From the NCBI GenBank assembly GCA_964291675.2, contig OZ219866.1, forward strand, positions 736,001 through 800,000: a stretch of 64,000 nt of DNA, given 5' to 3'. The DNA comes from Alphaproteobacteria bacterium (GTDB taxonomy: Bacteria; Pseudomonadota; Alphaproteobacteria; MPNO01). The notes beneath the pieces are model-generated. The model had not been told where the DNA came from, did no database searches, and saw nothing but the letters and a program-made list of their open reading frames with translations. Positions 51,164 to 60,313 of the stretch are shown here, one piece after another. A program made the position numbers and the translations under genes. How positions within the stretch are numbered: the stretch's first letter is position 1; every line of letters starts with the position of its first letter.

Positions 51164-51951
51164 CCCCCTTTGCGCTGGGACAACAGCGCCTCGATCGCCC
51201 GAAATGGTATGCGAAGGTCGCGAATTTCTTCGGCAGTCAGATAGGGAACAAGGCGGGCCAGGGTTTGATGAGGCGAATCCGCCGTTCCGGCGCGCCGAAA
51301 CCAGGCCGTGCGTACGGTCAAGCCGTGGCCTTTCGCCCATTCCCTTACGCGGGCAGCCACCGTTCGGCTTTGCCATGCGGTCCATTTGGGGAAGACGCCT
51401 CGGCTCGACGCTTCCCGTCGAAATTCCGAAAGTGGATTGGATGATCCGTTCAGCGCGTCAATCAACGGCCCTTGGACATCGGACGGCAGCGTGGCGACAA
51501 AGTTCCGGCGGTCTTCGACCAGGCCACTCAGGGTCACGCTCTCCACCTCGATGGAGGCGCCTTCCGCCTCATTCTCCGGCACGAACCTGTCGCTATTCGG
51601 CAAGTAAACGAAAGGAAGGGGCGAGACCCGTGTGAACGCCTCATACACGTCCTTTCGCAAACCTTGGTGGCCGAGTTCGGCCCCAATTCGCGGCGCATCG
51701 TTCGGAATGCGCGCGCCCTGTATGCCGACCAGGACATCGCTGCCCGGGCGAGCCCGCATGTCGATGTCGTCGACTCGGCGCACCAGCGTCGAAAAGGAAT
51801 CGGGCGACTCGGCGACATGTCTAGCCACATCGAATCCTCGGTCGTTACCGAGCGCGACCATTCGCTGGCGCAGTTTCGCGCCGGGGACCATTTTCGAATC
51901 GGCGTCAAGGCTGCGGAGCGCCTCCATTACAAGGCTATCCCAGTCGTCCAT
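51160..51951 (-). CDS. Hypothetical protein, possible N-terminal OST-HTH/LOTUS-like winged helix
   Basis: GGAGG SD; 263 aa; N-terminal GAKLRQRM..GFDV..FSTLV pattern resembles OST-HTH (inference). Confidence 0.7.
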   Translation of the reverse strand: MDDWDSLVMEALRSLDADSKMVPGAKLRQRMVALGNDRGFDVARHVAESPDSFSTLVRRVDDIDMRARPGSDVLVGIQGARIPNDAPRIGAELGHQGLRKDVYEAFTRVSPLPFVYLPNSDRFVPENEAEGASIEVESVTLSGLVEDRRNFVATLPSDVQGPLIDALNGSSNPLSEFRREASSRGVFPKWTAWQSRTVAARVREWAKGHGLTVRTAWFRRAGTADSPHQTLARLVPYLTAEEIRDLRIPFRAIEALLSQRKGG

Positions 51952-52239
51952 GGCGCGCCTCCGGGACTTGGCGAATACAAAAACGGGCTCGATGGATTGG
52001 CCATCGTGCCCGTTTGGTCAATGATTCTGCTTGCCTATGCGGCTGCTGGGACAACAAGGGTCCGCTCGAAAGTTAGGCCCGGCAAGCCAGCCTAACAGAG
52101 GGGACCGTCCGGACAGCCCTGGATTCCCCCGCACGAGTGAGTCGATTAAAGAGGAATCGCGAAAAACCTATGAACCGGTTACCAAATTGTCAAGAGACTG
52201 GACCCAAGGGGTGACGTGTGCGCTTCGTAGCCCGCCGGT

Positions 52240-53544
52240 TCAATTCTTCGTCATCTGCTGCGGCAGGTAGGTGGCGATCTCGGGGAAGACGACCAGCAGC
52301 ACCACGCCGATCTGCAACAGGATGAAGAAGGGGAACGCCGCGCGGGCGATCTGCAGGATGTTGCGCCCGGTAAGCCCCTGCAGGACGAACAGGTTGAACC
52401 CGACCGGCGGGGTGACCTGCGACATCTCGACCACCAGCACCAGATAGATGCCGAACCATATCGGGTCGATCCCCGCTTCCTGGATCATCGGCAGGATGAT
52501 CGAGGTGGTGAGCAGCACCACCGAGATGCCGTCGAGGAAGCAGCCGAGAACGATGAAGAAGACCGTCAGCGCCGCGATCAGCCCGTAGCGGCCGAGCTCC
52601 ATCTCGCCGATCCACTGCGCCAGCGAGCGCGGGATCCCGGTGAAGCCCATGGCGATGGTCAGGAACGACGCGCCGACGAAGATGAAGCTGATCATGCAGG
52701 TGGTGCGCGTCGCCCCCATCAGGCTGTCGGCAAGCACCTGCCGGTTGAGCCCGCCGGTGCCCCAGGCCAGCGCGAGCGAGCCGAGCACGCCGACCACGGC
52801 GGCCTCGACCGGGGTGGCGATGCCGAGATAGATCGAGCCCAGCACGGCGACGATCAGCAGGATGGTGGGCAGCAGGCGGCGGGACTCGTAGATCTTGCGC
52901 CAGATGGTGAACCGCTCGTCGCTCTTCGGGATGCGGGACGGGTTGACCAGCGCCCACAGCATGATGAAGCCCATGAACAGCGCCATCAGCATGACGCCCG
53001 GCAGAATGCCGGCGATGAACAGCCGGGCGATCGAGAGCTCCGCGGCGACGCCATAGACGATCAGGATGATCGACGGCGGGATCAGGAAGCCGAGCGTGCC
53101 GGAGCCCGCCAGCGTCCCGATCGACATGCGCTCGTCATAGCCGCGCCCGTGCAGCTCGGGGATCGACATGCGCCCGATGGTCACCGCCGTCGCCGCGGAG
53201 GACCCGGAAATCGCGGCGAAGATGCCGCAGGCGACCACGTTGACGTGCAACAGCCGGCCGGGCAGTCGCGTCACCCAGGGCGCGATGCCGCGGAACATGT
53301 CCTCCGACAGCCGCGTGCGGAACAGGATCTCCCCCATCCAGACGAACAGCGGCAGCGCGATCAGCGAGAACGGGGTGGTCGAGCCCCAGGTCGTGGTCGC
53401 CAGCACCGAGCCCGCCGGCGCGGTGGTGAACGTCATCATCGCGAACACCGAGACGCCCACCAGCGACAGCGCCACCCAGAGCCCCGAGCCGAGCAGCAGC
53501 AGGAGGACGAAGGTCAGCACCAGCGCGATCGAGAGGATGTCCAT
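52240..53544 (-). CDS. dctM: TRAP transporter large permease DctM
   Basis: LIALPLFVWMGEIL, FAAISGSSAAT, GTLGFLIPPS and TPPVGFNLF. Confidence 0.93.
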   Translation of the reverse strand: MDILSIALVLTFVLLLLLGSGLWVALSLVGVSVFAMMTFTTAPAGSVLATTTWGSTTPFSLIALPLFVWMGEILFRTRLSEDMFRGIAPWVTRLPGRLLHVNVVACGIFAAISGSSAATAVTIGRMSIPELHGRGYDERMSIGTLAGSGTLGFLIPPSIILIVYGVAAELSIARLFIAGILPGVMLMALFMGFIMLWALVNPSRIPKSDERFTIWRKIYESRRLLPTILLIVAVLGSIYLGIATPVEAAVVGVLGSLALAWGTGGLNRQVLADSLMGATRTTCMISFIFVGASFLTIAMGFTGIPRSLAQWIGEMELGRYGLIAALTVFFIVLGCFLDGISVVLLTTSIILPMIQEAGIDPIWFGIYLVLVVEMSQVTPPVGFNLFVLQGLTGRNILQIARAAFPFFILLQIGVVLLVVFPEIATYLPQQMTKN

Positions 53545-53553
53545 GAAGGCGCC

Positions 53554-54090
53554 CTAGCTCTCGTCGCCCAGCCTGAGCGCCCGGACGGCCTCGTCGCCGT
53601 CCCGTTCGGCGTATTGCGGCGTCCGCCCGCTCAGCATGACGACCAGCTCGTCGACGAAGGCGATCGCCAGCACCACCAGGCCCAGCGCGAGACCCGATTG
53701 CGGGATCCAGAGCGGGGTCTTGATCAACCCCTGGCCGACCTCGCCGAACACGAAGGTCTCGTAGGCGAAGGCGCAGAAATGCCAGGCGAAGTAGATGCTG
53801 AGCAGGGTGCCCAGCACGAGGCAGAAGAGCTCCAGCGCATGGCGCATCCGCGGCGGCACGCGGAGCAGCAGGATCGACACGCGGATGTGCTCGCCGCTGG
53901 TCAGCGTATAGGCGAGGCCGAGGAAGATCGCCGAGGCGAGGCAGTAGCCGGCGAACTCGGTGGCGGCAGGGATCAGCACGCCCGCCATCCGGCCGACGAT
54001 CTCGGCCAGGATGGCGAGCGCGATGCAGACGATGAACGCGGCGGAGAGGACGCCGCAGCCGCGATAGAGCCCGTCGAGGAGGCGTCTCAC
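53554..54090 (-). CDS. dctQ: TRAP transporter small permease DctQ
   Basis: Four TM segments; FLGLAYTL..GEHIRV. Confidence 0.9.
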   Translation of the reverse strand: MRRLLDGLYRGCGVLSAAFIVCIALAILAEIVGRMAGVLIPAATEFAGYCLASAIFLGLAYTLTSGEHIRVSILLLRVPPRMRHALELFCLVLGTLLSIYFAWHFCAFAYETFVFGEVGQGLIKTPLWIPQSGLALGLVVLAIAFVDELVVMLSGRTPQYAERDGDEAVRALRLGDES

Positions 54091-54112
54091 ATCGTCATGC
54101 GCGAACCGGCGC

Positions 54113-55090
54113 TCAGTTGGACGCGCGGTAGGCGTCGAGGATCTTCTTGCCGTCCGGCCCCGCCTGGGACAGCCAGTCCTCGACCATCCTCGCGCCGGCC
54201 GCGCGCAGCCCCTTCATCAGCCCGGGCTTGGGCGGCACCACGGTGAGCTTTTCGGCGAGCTTCGCGGTCATCTTGGCGGTCTCGTTGGCGCTCATCTCCC
54301 AGCCCCTGGGCTCGGCCCGGGCGGCGGCGTCGAGCACGGCCTTCCGCGTTGCCTCGCCGAGCCGCCGGAAGGCGCGCGTGTTGACGATGACCATGTTCTT
54401 GCCGAGCCCGGCGCGGGTGTCGTGGTAGTGGGTGAGGTAGTCCCACGACTTGGTCAGCACGCCGGTGGTGGCCGAGGTGATCATCGCATCCACGATGCCG
54501 GTGGAGAACGCCTGCGGGATGTCGACCAGCTGCACCGTCGTCGGCACCGCGCCGACGGCGGCGGCGTAGCGCGAGATGGTGGCGTTGTAGGCGCGGAACT
54601 TGAGCCCCTTGAAGTCGTCGGCGCTCTTCAACTCCATCTTGGCGTAGAAGCCCTGGGGCGGCCAGGGAACCGAATAGAGCAGCGTCAGCCCCTTCTTGGC
54701 CAGCCGGCTCGCGATGAAGGGCTTCGAGACCTGCCACAGCCGCTTGGCCTGGTCGTAGCTCTCGGCGAAGAACAAGAGCGAGTCGACCTCGTAGACCCGG
54801 TCCTCGTTGGCGAGCAGCGAGACGATGGTCTCGCCCATCTGGATCTGGCCGCTCTGCACCGCGCGGTGGATCTCGGGCAGCTTGTAGAGCGACTGCGCGC
54901 TGTGCACGGTGATCTTGAGATCGCCCTTGGACGCCTCGGCGATCTCGTTCGCGAACTGATGGATGTTCTTGGTGTGGAAGAACGGATCCGGATAGGCGGT
55001 CGCCATGTTCCACTGCTGCGCGGCGAGCGCGCCACTGGCCGCGAGAACGACCGCGAGCCCGGCCGCGACCGCCGAAATCCTGAGCTTCAT
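54113..55090 (-). CDS. dctP: TRAP solute-binding protein DctP
   Basis: Signal peptide MKLRISAVAAG..ALA, PWPPQG and DFKGLKFR. Confidence 0.92.
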   Translation of the reverse strand: MKLRISAVAAGLAVVLAASGALAAQQWNMATAYPDPFFHTKNIHQFANEIAEASKGDLKITVHSAQSLYKLPEIHRAVQSGQIQMGETIVSLLANEDRVYEVDSLLFFAESYDQAKRLWQVSKPFIASRLAKKGLTLLYSVPWPPQGFYAKMELKSADDFKGLKFRAYNATISRYAAAVGAVPTTVQLVDIPQAFSTGIVDAMITSATTGVLTKSWDYLTHYHDTRAGLGKNMVIVNTRAFRRLGEATRKAVLDAAARAEPRGWEMSANETAKMTAKLAEKLTVVPPKPGLMKGLRAAGARMVEDWLSQAGPDGKKILDAYRASN

Positions 55091-55229
55091 TTCCGAATCC
55101 TTCCTTGCCGAGTGGCGAAACGGGGATTGTTCCACCGCCACCGGGGAGGGTCAACCGCCGGCGCTTGCCCGCCGGCCCGGGGCAGGTTATCCTGCGCGGG
55201 ATTGCAACCCTCTGTCGAGGTGCGTGTCG

Positions 55230-55451
55230 ATGAAGAAGACCCTCGCGATTGTCGCCGCTGCTGCGTTTGCGGCCGCGATTTCGTCCCCGGCGCTTGCCTG
55301 CATGTACAGCAAGATGGTCTCGACCGAGACGCAGACGCCGATCACGACTGCGCTCAACACCCAGCCGTCGACGCCTGCCCCCGCGGTTCAGCCGATCGAG
55401 CCGGAGACCGAACCGGCCACGGCGAAACCCGAGGCCAAGTCCGACAGCTAG
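55230..55451 (+). CDS. Small secreted protein (73 aa)
   Basis: GAGG SD; MKKTLAIVAAAAFAAAISSPALA-C signal; Thr/Pro/Glu-rich tail. Confidence 0.7.
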   Translation: MKKTLAIVAAAAFAAAISSPALACMYSKMVSTETQTPITTALNTQPSTPAPAVQPIEPETEPATAKPEAKSDS

Positions 55452-55536
55452 CGGCGGCGCTTCGGCGCGGAACGGGACCCGGCCCCGCGCCGGGCGGTAT
55501 GGCTCGCCCGCGGGCGGGCCGGGAGAGGGTTTCTGC

Positions 55537-56562
55537 ATGGGCTACAAGGTTGCCGTCGCCGGCGCGACCGGCGCGGTCGGGCGCGAGATTCTGCAATGTC
55601 TCGCCGAGCGCGCCTTTCCGGTCGACGAGCTGGCGGCGCTCGCCTCCGAACGCTCGGTCGGCCGCGAGGTCTCGTTCGGCGAGGACGACGTTCTGCCGGT
55701 CGGCGATCTCGCCGGCTTCGATTTCGCCGGCTTCGACATCGCGCTGTTCTCGCCGGGGGCCAAGGTGTCCGCCGTGCATGCGCCACGCGCCGCCAGGGCG
55801 GGCTGCGTGGTGATCGACAACACGTCGCAGTTCCGCATGGACCCCGACGTCCCTCTGGTGGTGCCGGAGATCAACCCGCAGGCGCTGGCCGCGCCGAAGC
55901 GCAACATCGTCGCCAACCCCAACTGCTCGACCATCCAGATGGTGATGGCGCTCAAGCCGCTGCACGACCTCGCCAGGGTGCGGCGGGTGGTCGTCGCCAC
56001 CTACCAGTCGGTCTCGGGTTCCGGCAAGTCGGCGATGGACGAGCTGTTCAACCAGACCCGCGGAATCTACGTCAACGAGCAGGTGAAGAACGAGCAGTTC
56101 ACCAAGCAGATCGCCTTCAACGTGATCCCCCATTGCGACGTCTTCATGGAGGACGGCGAGACCCGTGAGGAGTGGAAGATGGCGGTCGAGACGCGCAAGA
56201 TCCTCGACCCCGGCATCAAGGTGACGGCGAGCTGCGTCCGCGTGCCGGTCTTCGTCGGTCACGGAGAGGCGGTCAACGCCGAGTTCGCGCGCCCGATCGA
56301 GGTCGAGGCCGCCCGCGAGGCGCTGTCCGAGATGCCGGGCGTGGTCGTCGTGGACCACCGCGCCGACGAGGGCTACGTGACCCCCGCCGAGTGCGCCGGC
56401 GAGGACCAGGTCTATGTCAGCCGCATCCGCCGGGACCCGACGGTCGCGCACGGGCTGAGCTTCTGGGTGGTGTCCGACAATCTGCGCAAAGGGGCGGCGC
56501 TCAACGCGGTGCAGATCGCCGAGCTGCTGACCGGGTCACGCGCGCTGCTGCCGGCGGCGTGA
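55537..56562 (+). CDS. asd: Aspartate-semialdehyde dehydrogenase
   Basis: VAGATGAVG, ANPNCSTIQ, TYQSVSGSG and DNLRKGAALNAVQIAE. Confidence 0.97.
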   Translation: MGYKVAVAGATGAVGREILQCLAERAFPVDELAALASERSVGREVSFGEDDVLPVGDLAGFDFAGFDIALFSPGAKVSAVHAPRAARAGCVVIDNTSQFRMDPDVPLVVPEINPQALAAPKRNIVANPNCSTIQMVMALKPLHDLARVRRVVVATYQSVSGSGKSAMDELFNQTRGIYVNEQVKNEQFTKQIAFNVIPHCDVFMEDGETREEWKMAVETRKILDPGIKVTASCVRVPVFVGHGEAVNAEFARPIEVEAAREALSEMPGVVVVDHRADEGYVTPAECAGEDQVYVSRIRRDPTVAHGLSFWVVSDNLRKGAALNAVQIAELLTGSRALLPAA

Positions 56563-56579
56563 AACCGAGGGAGGGAAGG

Positions 56580-56867
56580 ATGGTCGTCGAGATCGCCACG
56601 ATTTACGTCAACCCGGACGACGAGGCCGCCTTCGTCGAGGGGTTCGCGGCCGGCGCCGACATCCTGCGCCGCCAGAAGGGCTGCCGGGGGATGCGCTGGG
56701 GCAAGCGGGTCGAGCCCGAGCTCGCCTACATGATCGCGGTCGAGTGGGACAGCATCGAGGACCACTTCGCCTTCCGCGAGACCGAGGATTACAAGACCTT
56801 CGGTTCGAAGTTCCGCGATTGTCTTGCGAAACCGCCGGAGGTCTTCCATTTCGAGCCGCGCGGCTAG
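56580..56867 (+). CDS. Antibiotic biosynthesis monooxygenase (ABM) family protein
   Basis: MVVEIATI..VEWDSIEDH..FR..PPEVFHF; AAGGA SD. Confidence 0.85.
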   Translation: MVVEIATIYVNPDDEAAFVEGFAAGADILRRQKGCRGMRWGKRVEPELAYMIAVEWDSIEDHFAFRETEDYKTFGSKFRDCLAKPPEVFHFEPRG

Positions 56868-56886
56868 GCGGCCGCTTCGCGGCCGC
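56868..56886 (+). terminator. Hairpin after ABM gene
   Basis: GCGGCCGC-TTC-GCGGCCGC perfect stem; no U tract. Confidence 0.35.
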
Positions 56887-56907
56887 TCAGGGTGAGGGCG
56901 GGGCGGG

Positions 56908-57420
56908 TTGGCCGACAGGACCCCCTCTTCCCGAGCGGGCGCGCAGGCGCCGCATCGAGGGACGCCCGCCCTGCCCCGCGACCCCGTCGCCGGCATCCTG
57001 CTGGCGGCGTCGCTGCCGTTGCTGATCGCCGGGCTGGTCATGCCGGCGCTCTCGGTCACCCGCTTCGTGGTGTTCGGCGAGACCTGGTCGATCCTCGACG
57101 GCGTGCTCGCCTTCTGGTCCGACGGGCGCTACGCGCTGTTCGCGCTGGTCTTCCCGTTCTCGGTGGTGCTGCCCCTCGGCAAGGTGGCGATCGGCATCTG
57201 GGCCTGGCTGGCGGCGGCGCCCGGGGGATCGTTGCCCGGCCGGGCTGCGGGCGGCCGGGTCTCGCGCTGGTCGATGCTCGACGTCTGCATCGTGGCGCTA
57301 CTGGTCGTCGCCCTCGAAGGCAGCCTGCTGACCACCGCCGACATCCACGCCGGCCTGGTGGTGTTCGCCATCGGCATCGCCGTCTCGACCGTCGCGACCT
57401 ATCGCCTGGTGCAGCGCTAG
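56908..57420 (+). CDS. Paraquat-inducible protein A (PqiA) domain protein
   Basis: WSILDGV..FSVVLPLGK..SRWSMLDV motif; hydrophobic. Confidence 0.8.
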   Translation: MADRTPSSRAGAQAPHRGTPALPRDPVAGILLAASLPLLIAGLVMPALSVTRFVVFGETWSILDGVLAFWSDGRYALFALVFPFSVVLPLGKVAIGIWAWLAAAPGGSLPGRAAGGRVSRWSMLDVCIVALLVVALEGSLLTTADIHAGLVVFAIGIAVSTVATYRLVQR

Positions 57421-59631
57421 CCCGGCCGGGGAGATCGGAACCCGGGCCGACGCCGCCTGCCATCCCATGGCGCGGGCGACGGCGTTCCAGATCGCCGCGG
57501 GCGGCGCGATGGTCGCGCTCTCGCCGACGCCGCGGATGCCGAGCGGGTTGGTGGGAGACGGGGTGTCCTGCTCGACGAGGCACAGGACAGGCGCGCCGTC
57601 GGCGGCCGGCGCGAGATAGTCGGCCAGCGTCAGGGTGAGCGGCTGGCCGTCGGGCGCGAACCTCATCTCCGTCAGCAGCGCGTTGGCGATGCCCTCGACC
57701 GCCCCGCCCGCGACCTGGCCGCGGACGATCGCCGGGTTGAGCGCCCGGCCGATATCGTGGCCGACCGTATAGTCCAGGATCTCGACCGAGCCGGTCTCCG
57801 GATCGACCGCCACCCGCGCCGCATGCACCGAGAAGGCGAGCGTCGCCGGCTCGTCGGCGTGCCAGACGGTCGCCGCTTCGAGCCCCGACCCGCCGTCGAA
57901 CAGCGCCCCGCCCGGGGCGACGGCGCGCGCCGCATCGTCGATCCCGAGCCCGCTGTCGGTCCCGTCGCGCCGCAGGATGCGGCCGGCCGCGATGTCGAGC
58001 GCGGCGGGGTCGTCCTGCAGCAGCCGCGCGGCGATCGCCAGAATCCGCGCGCGCAACGCATTCGCCGCCTCGAAGACCGCGCTGCCCCCCATGATCGCAC
58101 CCCGGCTCGCGAACGCGCCGCGCCCGAAGGGGACAAGCGCCGTGTCGCCGAGCGCGACCGAGACCCTCCCGATATCCGCGCCCAGCGCCTCGGCCGCAAT
58201 CTGGGCGAAGCTCGTCGCCTGTCCCTGCCCCTGCGAGCTCATCCCCGAGGCCACGCGGATTTCGCCCGACGGGTCGATGCGGATGGAGGCCGACTCGAAG
58301 TTGACCACGCCCGAGACATCGACCCCGCCCGCCAGCCCCCAGGCCGTCCGCACCCCGCCGGGCCGCGCCTCGACCGCCTCGTCATATCCGCTTTGCGCCA
58401 GCACCCGGTCCAGAAGCGCGGGGAAGTCGCCGCCGCGAAAGGCGAAATCGGCGCCGCCGAACCCGGTTCCCGTCGCATGGGGCAGGTCGTCCGGGCGCAC
58501 CAGGTTGGCCCGCCTGAGCCGGGCCGCGTCGATGCCGAGCGCGCTTGCGGCGCGGTCGACCAGGGTCTCGATGGCGAGCGCGGCCTCGGGCTGGCCGGCG
58601 CCGCGATAGGTCGCCGCCGGCGTCTTGTTGGTGCCGACCGCCAGCACCTCGACCGAGAAATCGGGGATCCGGTAGGCGCCCGGGATCAGCGCGCCGCACA
58701 GCTCGCCCGTCGCGATACCGCTGGTAAACACGTAGGCCCCGACATCGAGCACCACCCGCGCGCGCAACGCCTCGAAGCGTCCGTCGGCGGCGAGGCCGAG
58801 CTCGAGCGCGACGTCGATGCCGCGCGAATGGGCGGTCGCCAGCATGTTCTCGCGCCGGTCCTCGATCCACTTGACCGGGCGGCCGAGCACGCGGCTCGCC
58901 TCGGCCAGCACGACCTCCTCGCCGTAGCAGCGCGACTTGGCGCCGAATCCGCCGCCCACGTCCTCGCAGACCACCCGGACGGCGCTTTCCGGGAGATCGA
59001 GCAGGGAGGCGAGGTTCTCGCGCACGTTGTAATGCGCCTGGGTGGAGAGCCGGACGGTCAGCCTGCCGCGCGCGCGGTCGAAATCGGCGACGGCGCCGCG
59101 GGTCTCGAGCGGCAGCGGGATCTGCCGCGCGAAGCGGCTCTCGTGGCCGACGCGCCGCGCCGCGCGGGCCAGCGCGCTTGCGGCATCGCCGCGCTCGTAA
59201 GAGAAGCGGGCGGCGACGTTGCCGGTCCAGGAGTCATGGAGCGCCGGTGCGCCCGCTTCCAGCGCCGCCGCGGTCCCGGCGACCGGGTCCAGCGGGCGGT
59301 AGTCGACCTCCACGAGGGCGGCGAGATCCTCCGCCCGGTAGGCGTCGTCGGCGACCACCAGCGCCACCGGCTCGCCGACATAGCGCACCCGCCCGGCTGC
59401 GAGGAAGGGCTGGGTCCCGCCGCGGATCGCCTTGTGCCAGTAGCGCACCACGAAGTCCCGGTCCGCGAAGGGGAGATCGGCGGCGGCGAGCACCAGCCGG
59501 GCGCCGGCCGCCAGCGCCGCCGAGGGATCGATGCCGGCGATCGCGGCGTGCGGGTGCGGGCTGCGGAGGAAGACCCCGTGCAGCATGCGGGGGAGGCCGA
59601 CATCGTCGACGAAGCGCGCCCGGCCGCGCAA
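57298..59631 (-). CDS. Second xanthine dehydrogenase/CoxL-family molybdopterin-binding subunit
   Basis: GRARFVDD, VGGGFGAK, TYRGAGQPE, QGQG, GQVAGG and RGVGE; TTG start with AAGGAGG 11 nt upstream. Confidence 0.9.
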   Translation of the reverse strand: MRGRARFVDDVGLPRMLHGVFLRSPHPHAAIAGIDPSAALAAGARLVLAAADLPFADRDFVVRYWHKAIRGGTQPFLAAGRVRYVGEPVALVVADDAYRAEDLAALVEVDYRPLDPVAGTAAALEAGAPALHDSWTGNVAARFSYERGDAASALARAARRVGHESRFARQIPLPLETRGAVADFDRARGRLTVRLSTQAHYNVRENLASLLDLPESAVRVVCEDVGGGFGAKSRCYGEEVVLAEASRVLGRPVKWIEDRRENMLATAHSRGIDVALELGLAADGRFEALRARVVLDVGAYVFTSGIATGELCGALIPGAYRIPDFSVEVLAVGTNKTPAATYRGAGQPEAALAIETLVDRAASALGIDAARLRRANLVRPDDLPHATGTGFGGADFAFRGGDFPALLDRVLAQSGYDEAVEARPGGVRTAWGLAGGVDVSGVVNFESASIRIDPSGEIRVASGMSSQGQGQATSFAQIAAEALGADIGRVSVALGDTALVPFGRGAFASRGAIMGGSAVFEAANALRARILAIAARLLQDDPAALDIAAGRILRRDGTDSGLGIDDAARAVAPGGALFDGGSGLEAATVWHADEPATLAFSVHAARVAVDPETGSVEILDYTVGHDIGRALNPAIVRGQVAGGAVEGIANALLTEMRFAPDGQPLTLTLADYLAPAADGAPVLCLVEQDTPSPTNPLGIRGVGESATIAPPAAIWNAVARAMGWQAASARVPISPAGLALHQAIGRDGRDGDADGEHHQAGVDVGGGQQAAFEGDDQ

Positions 59632-59689
59632 GAGCCGCGCGTCCTCCTTGCGCGCGACCGAGCGGCCGATCGCCGGGGAGGATGCGCCG

Positions 59690-60151
59690 TCAGATCCCTC
59701 CCGGCCGTTCGTCCGCGCTCGCCTCGGAGAAATGGACGTGCACCACCCGCCAGGCGCCGTCCTCCTTGTGGAACACCATCGTCGAGCGCGAGACGAAATC
59801 GCTGTCGTGCAGAGCGCTCGGCCGCTCGCCCTCGCCGACCCAGCGCAGCCGGGTCCTGCGGTGGCACCAGATCACCGCGATGTCGTCGCCGACCGTGCCG
59901 CCGATGTCGTAAGGCGTCCAGGCGCCGGTCTCCAGCTTGCCGGCATAGAACTTCCACAGCCGGATCCAGTGCTCGCGCCCGACATAGGTGTGGCCGTTGA
60001 GGTTGAAGAAGGTCGCCCGGTCGGCGCCGCTCCATATCCCCTCCAGCGCCCGCCAGTCGAACGAGGCGTTGGCCTCCAGATAGGCGGCGTGCAGCGCCAG
60101 CAGGGTCTTGCGGTCGGCCTCGCTGCCGCCGATCGGCCCGGCCTCGGTCAT
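59690..60151 (-). CDS. NTF2/SnoaL-like protein
   Basis: AYLEANASFD..FFNLNGHTY..SRSTMVFHKEDGAWRVVHVHFS; GAGGGAGG SD. Confidence 0.85.
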   Translation of the reverse strand: MTEAGPIGGSEADRKTLLALHAAYLEANASFDWRALEGIWSGADRATFFNLNGHTYVGREHWIRLWKFYAGKLETGAWTPYDIGGTVGDDIAVIWCHRRTRLRWVGEGERPSALHDSDFVSRSTMVFHKEDGAWRVVHVHFSEASADERPGGI

Positions 60152-60313
60152 CGCCGCCTCCCTCGCCGTCCTGGGGCGCGGAGTGTAGGGCGCGCGCAAC
60201 CGAAGTTGAAGCGGAGGCCGGTTGTCGGCGGCGGGAGGCGCACCTATAAGGGCCGGCATGGCGCGCTGGCCGAAACCGCTGAAAGCGCTCGCGACAATCG
60301 GCGAGCAGCCCCG

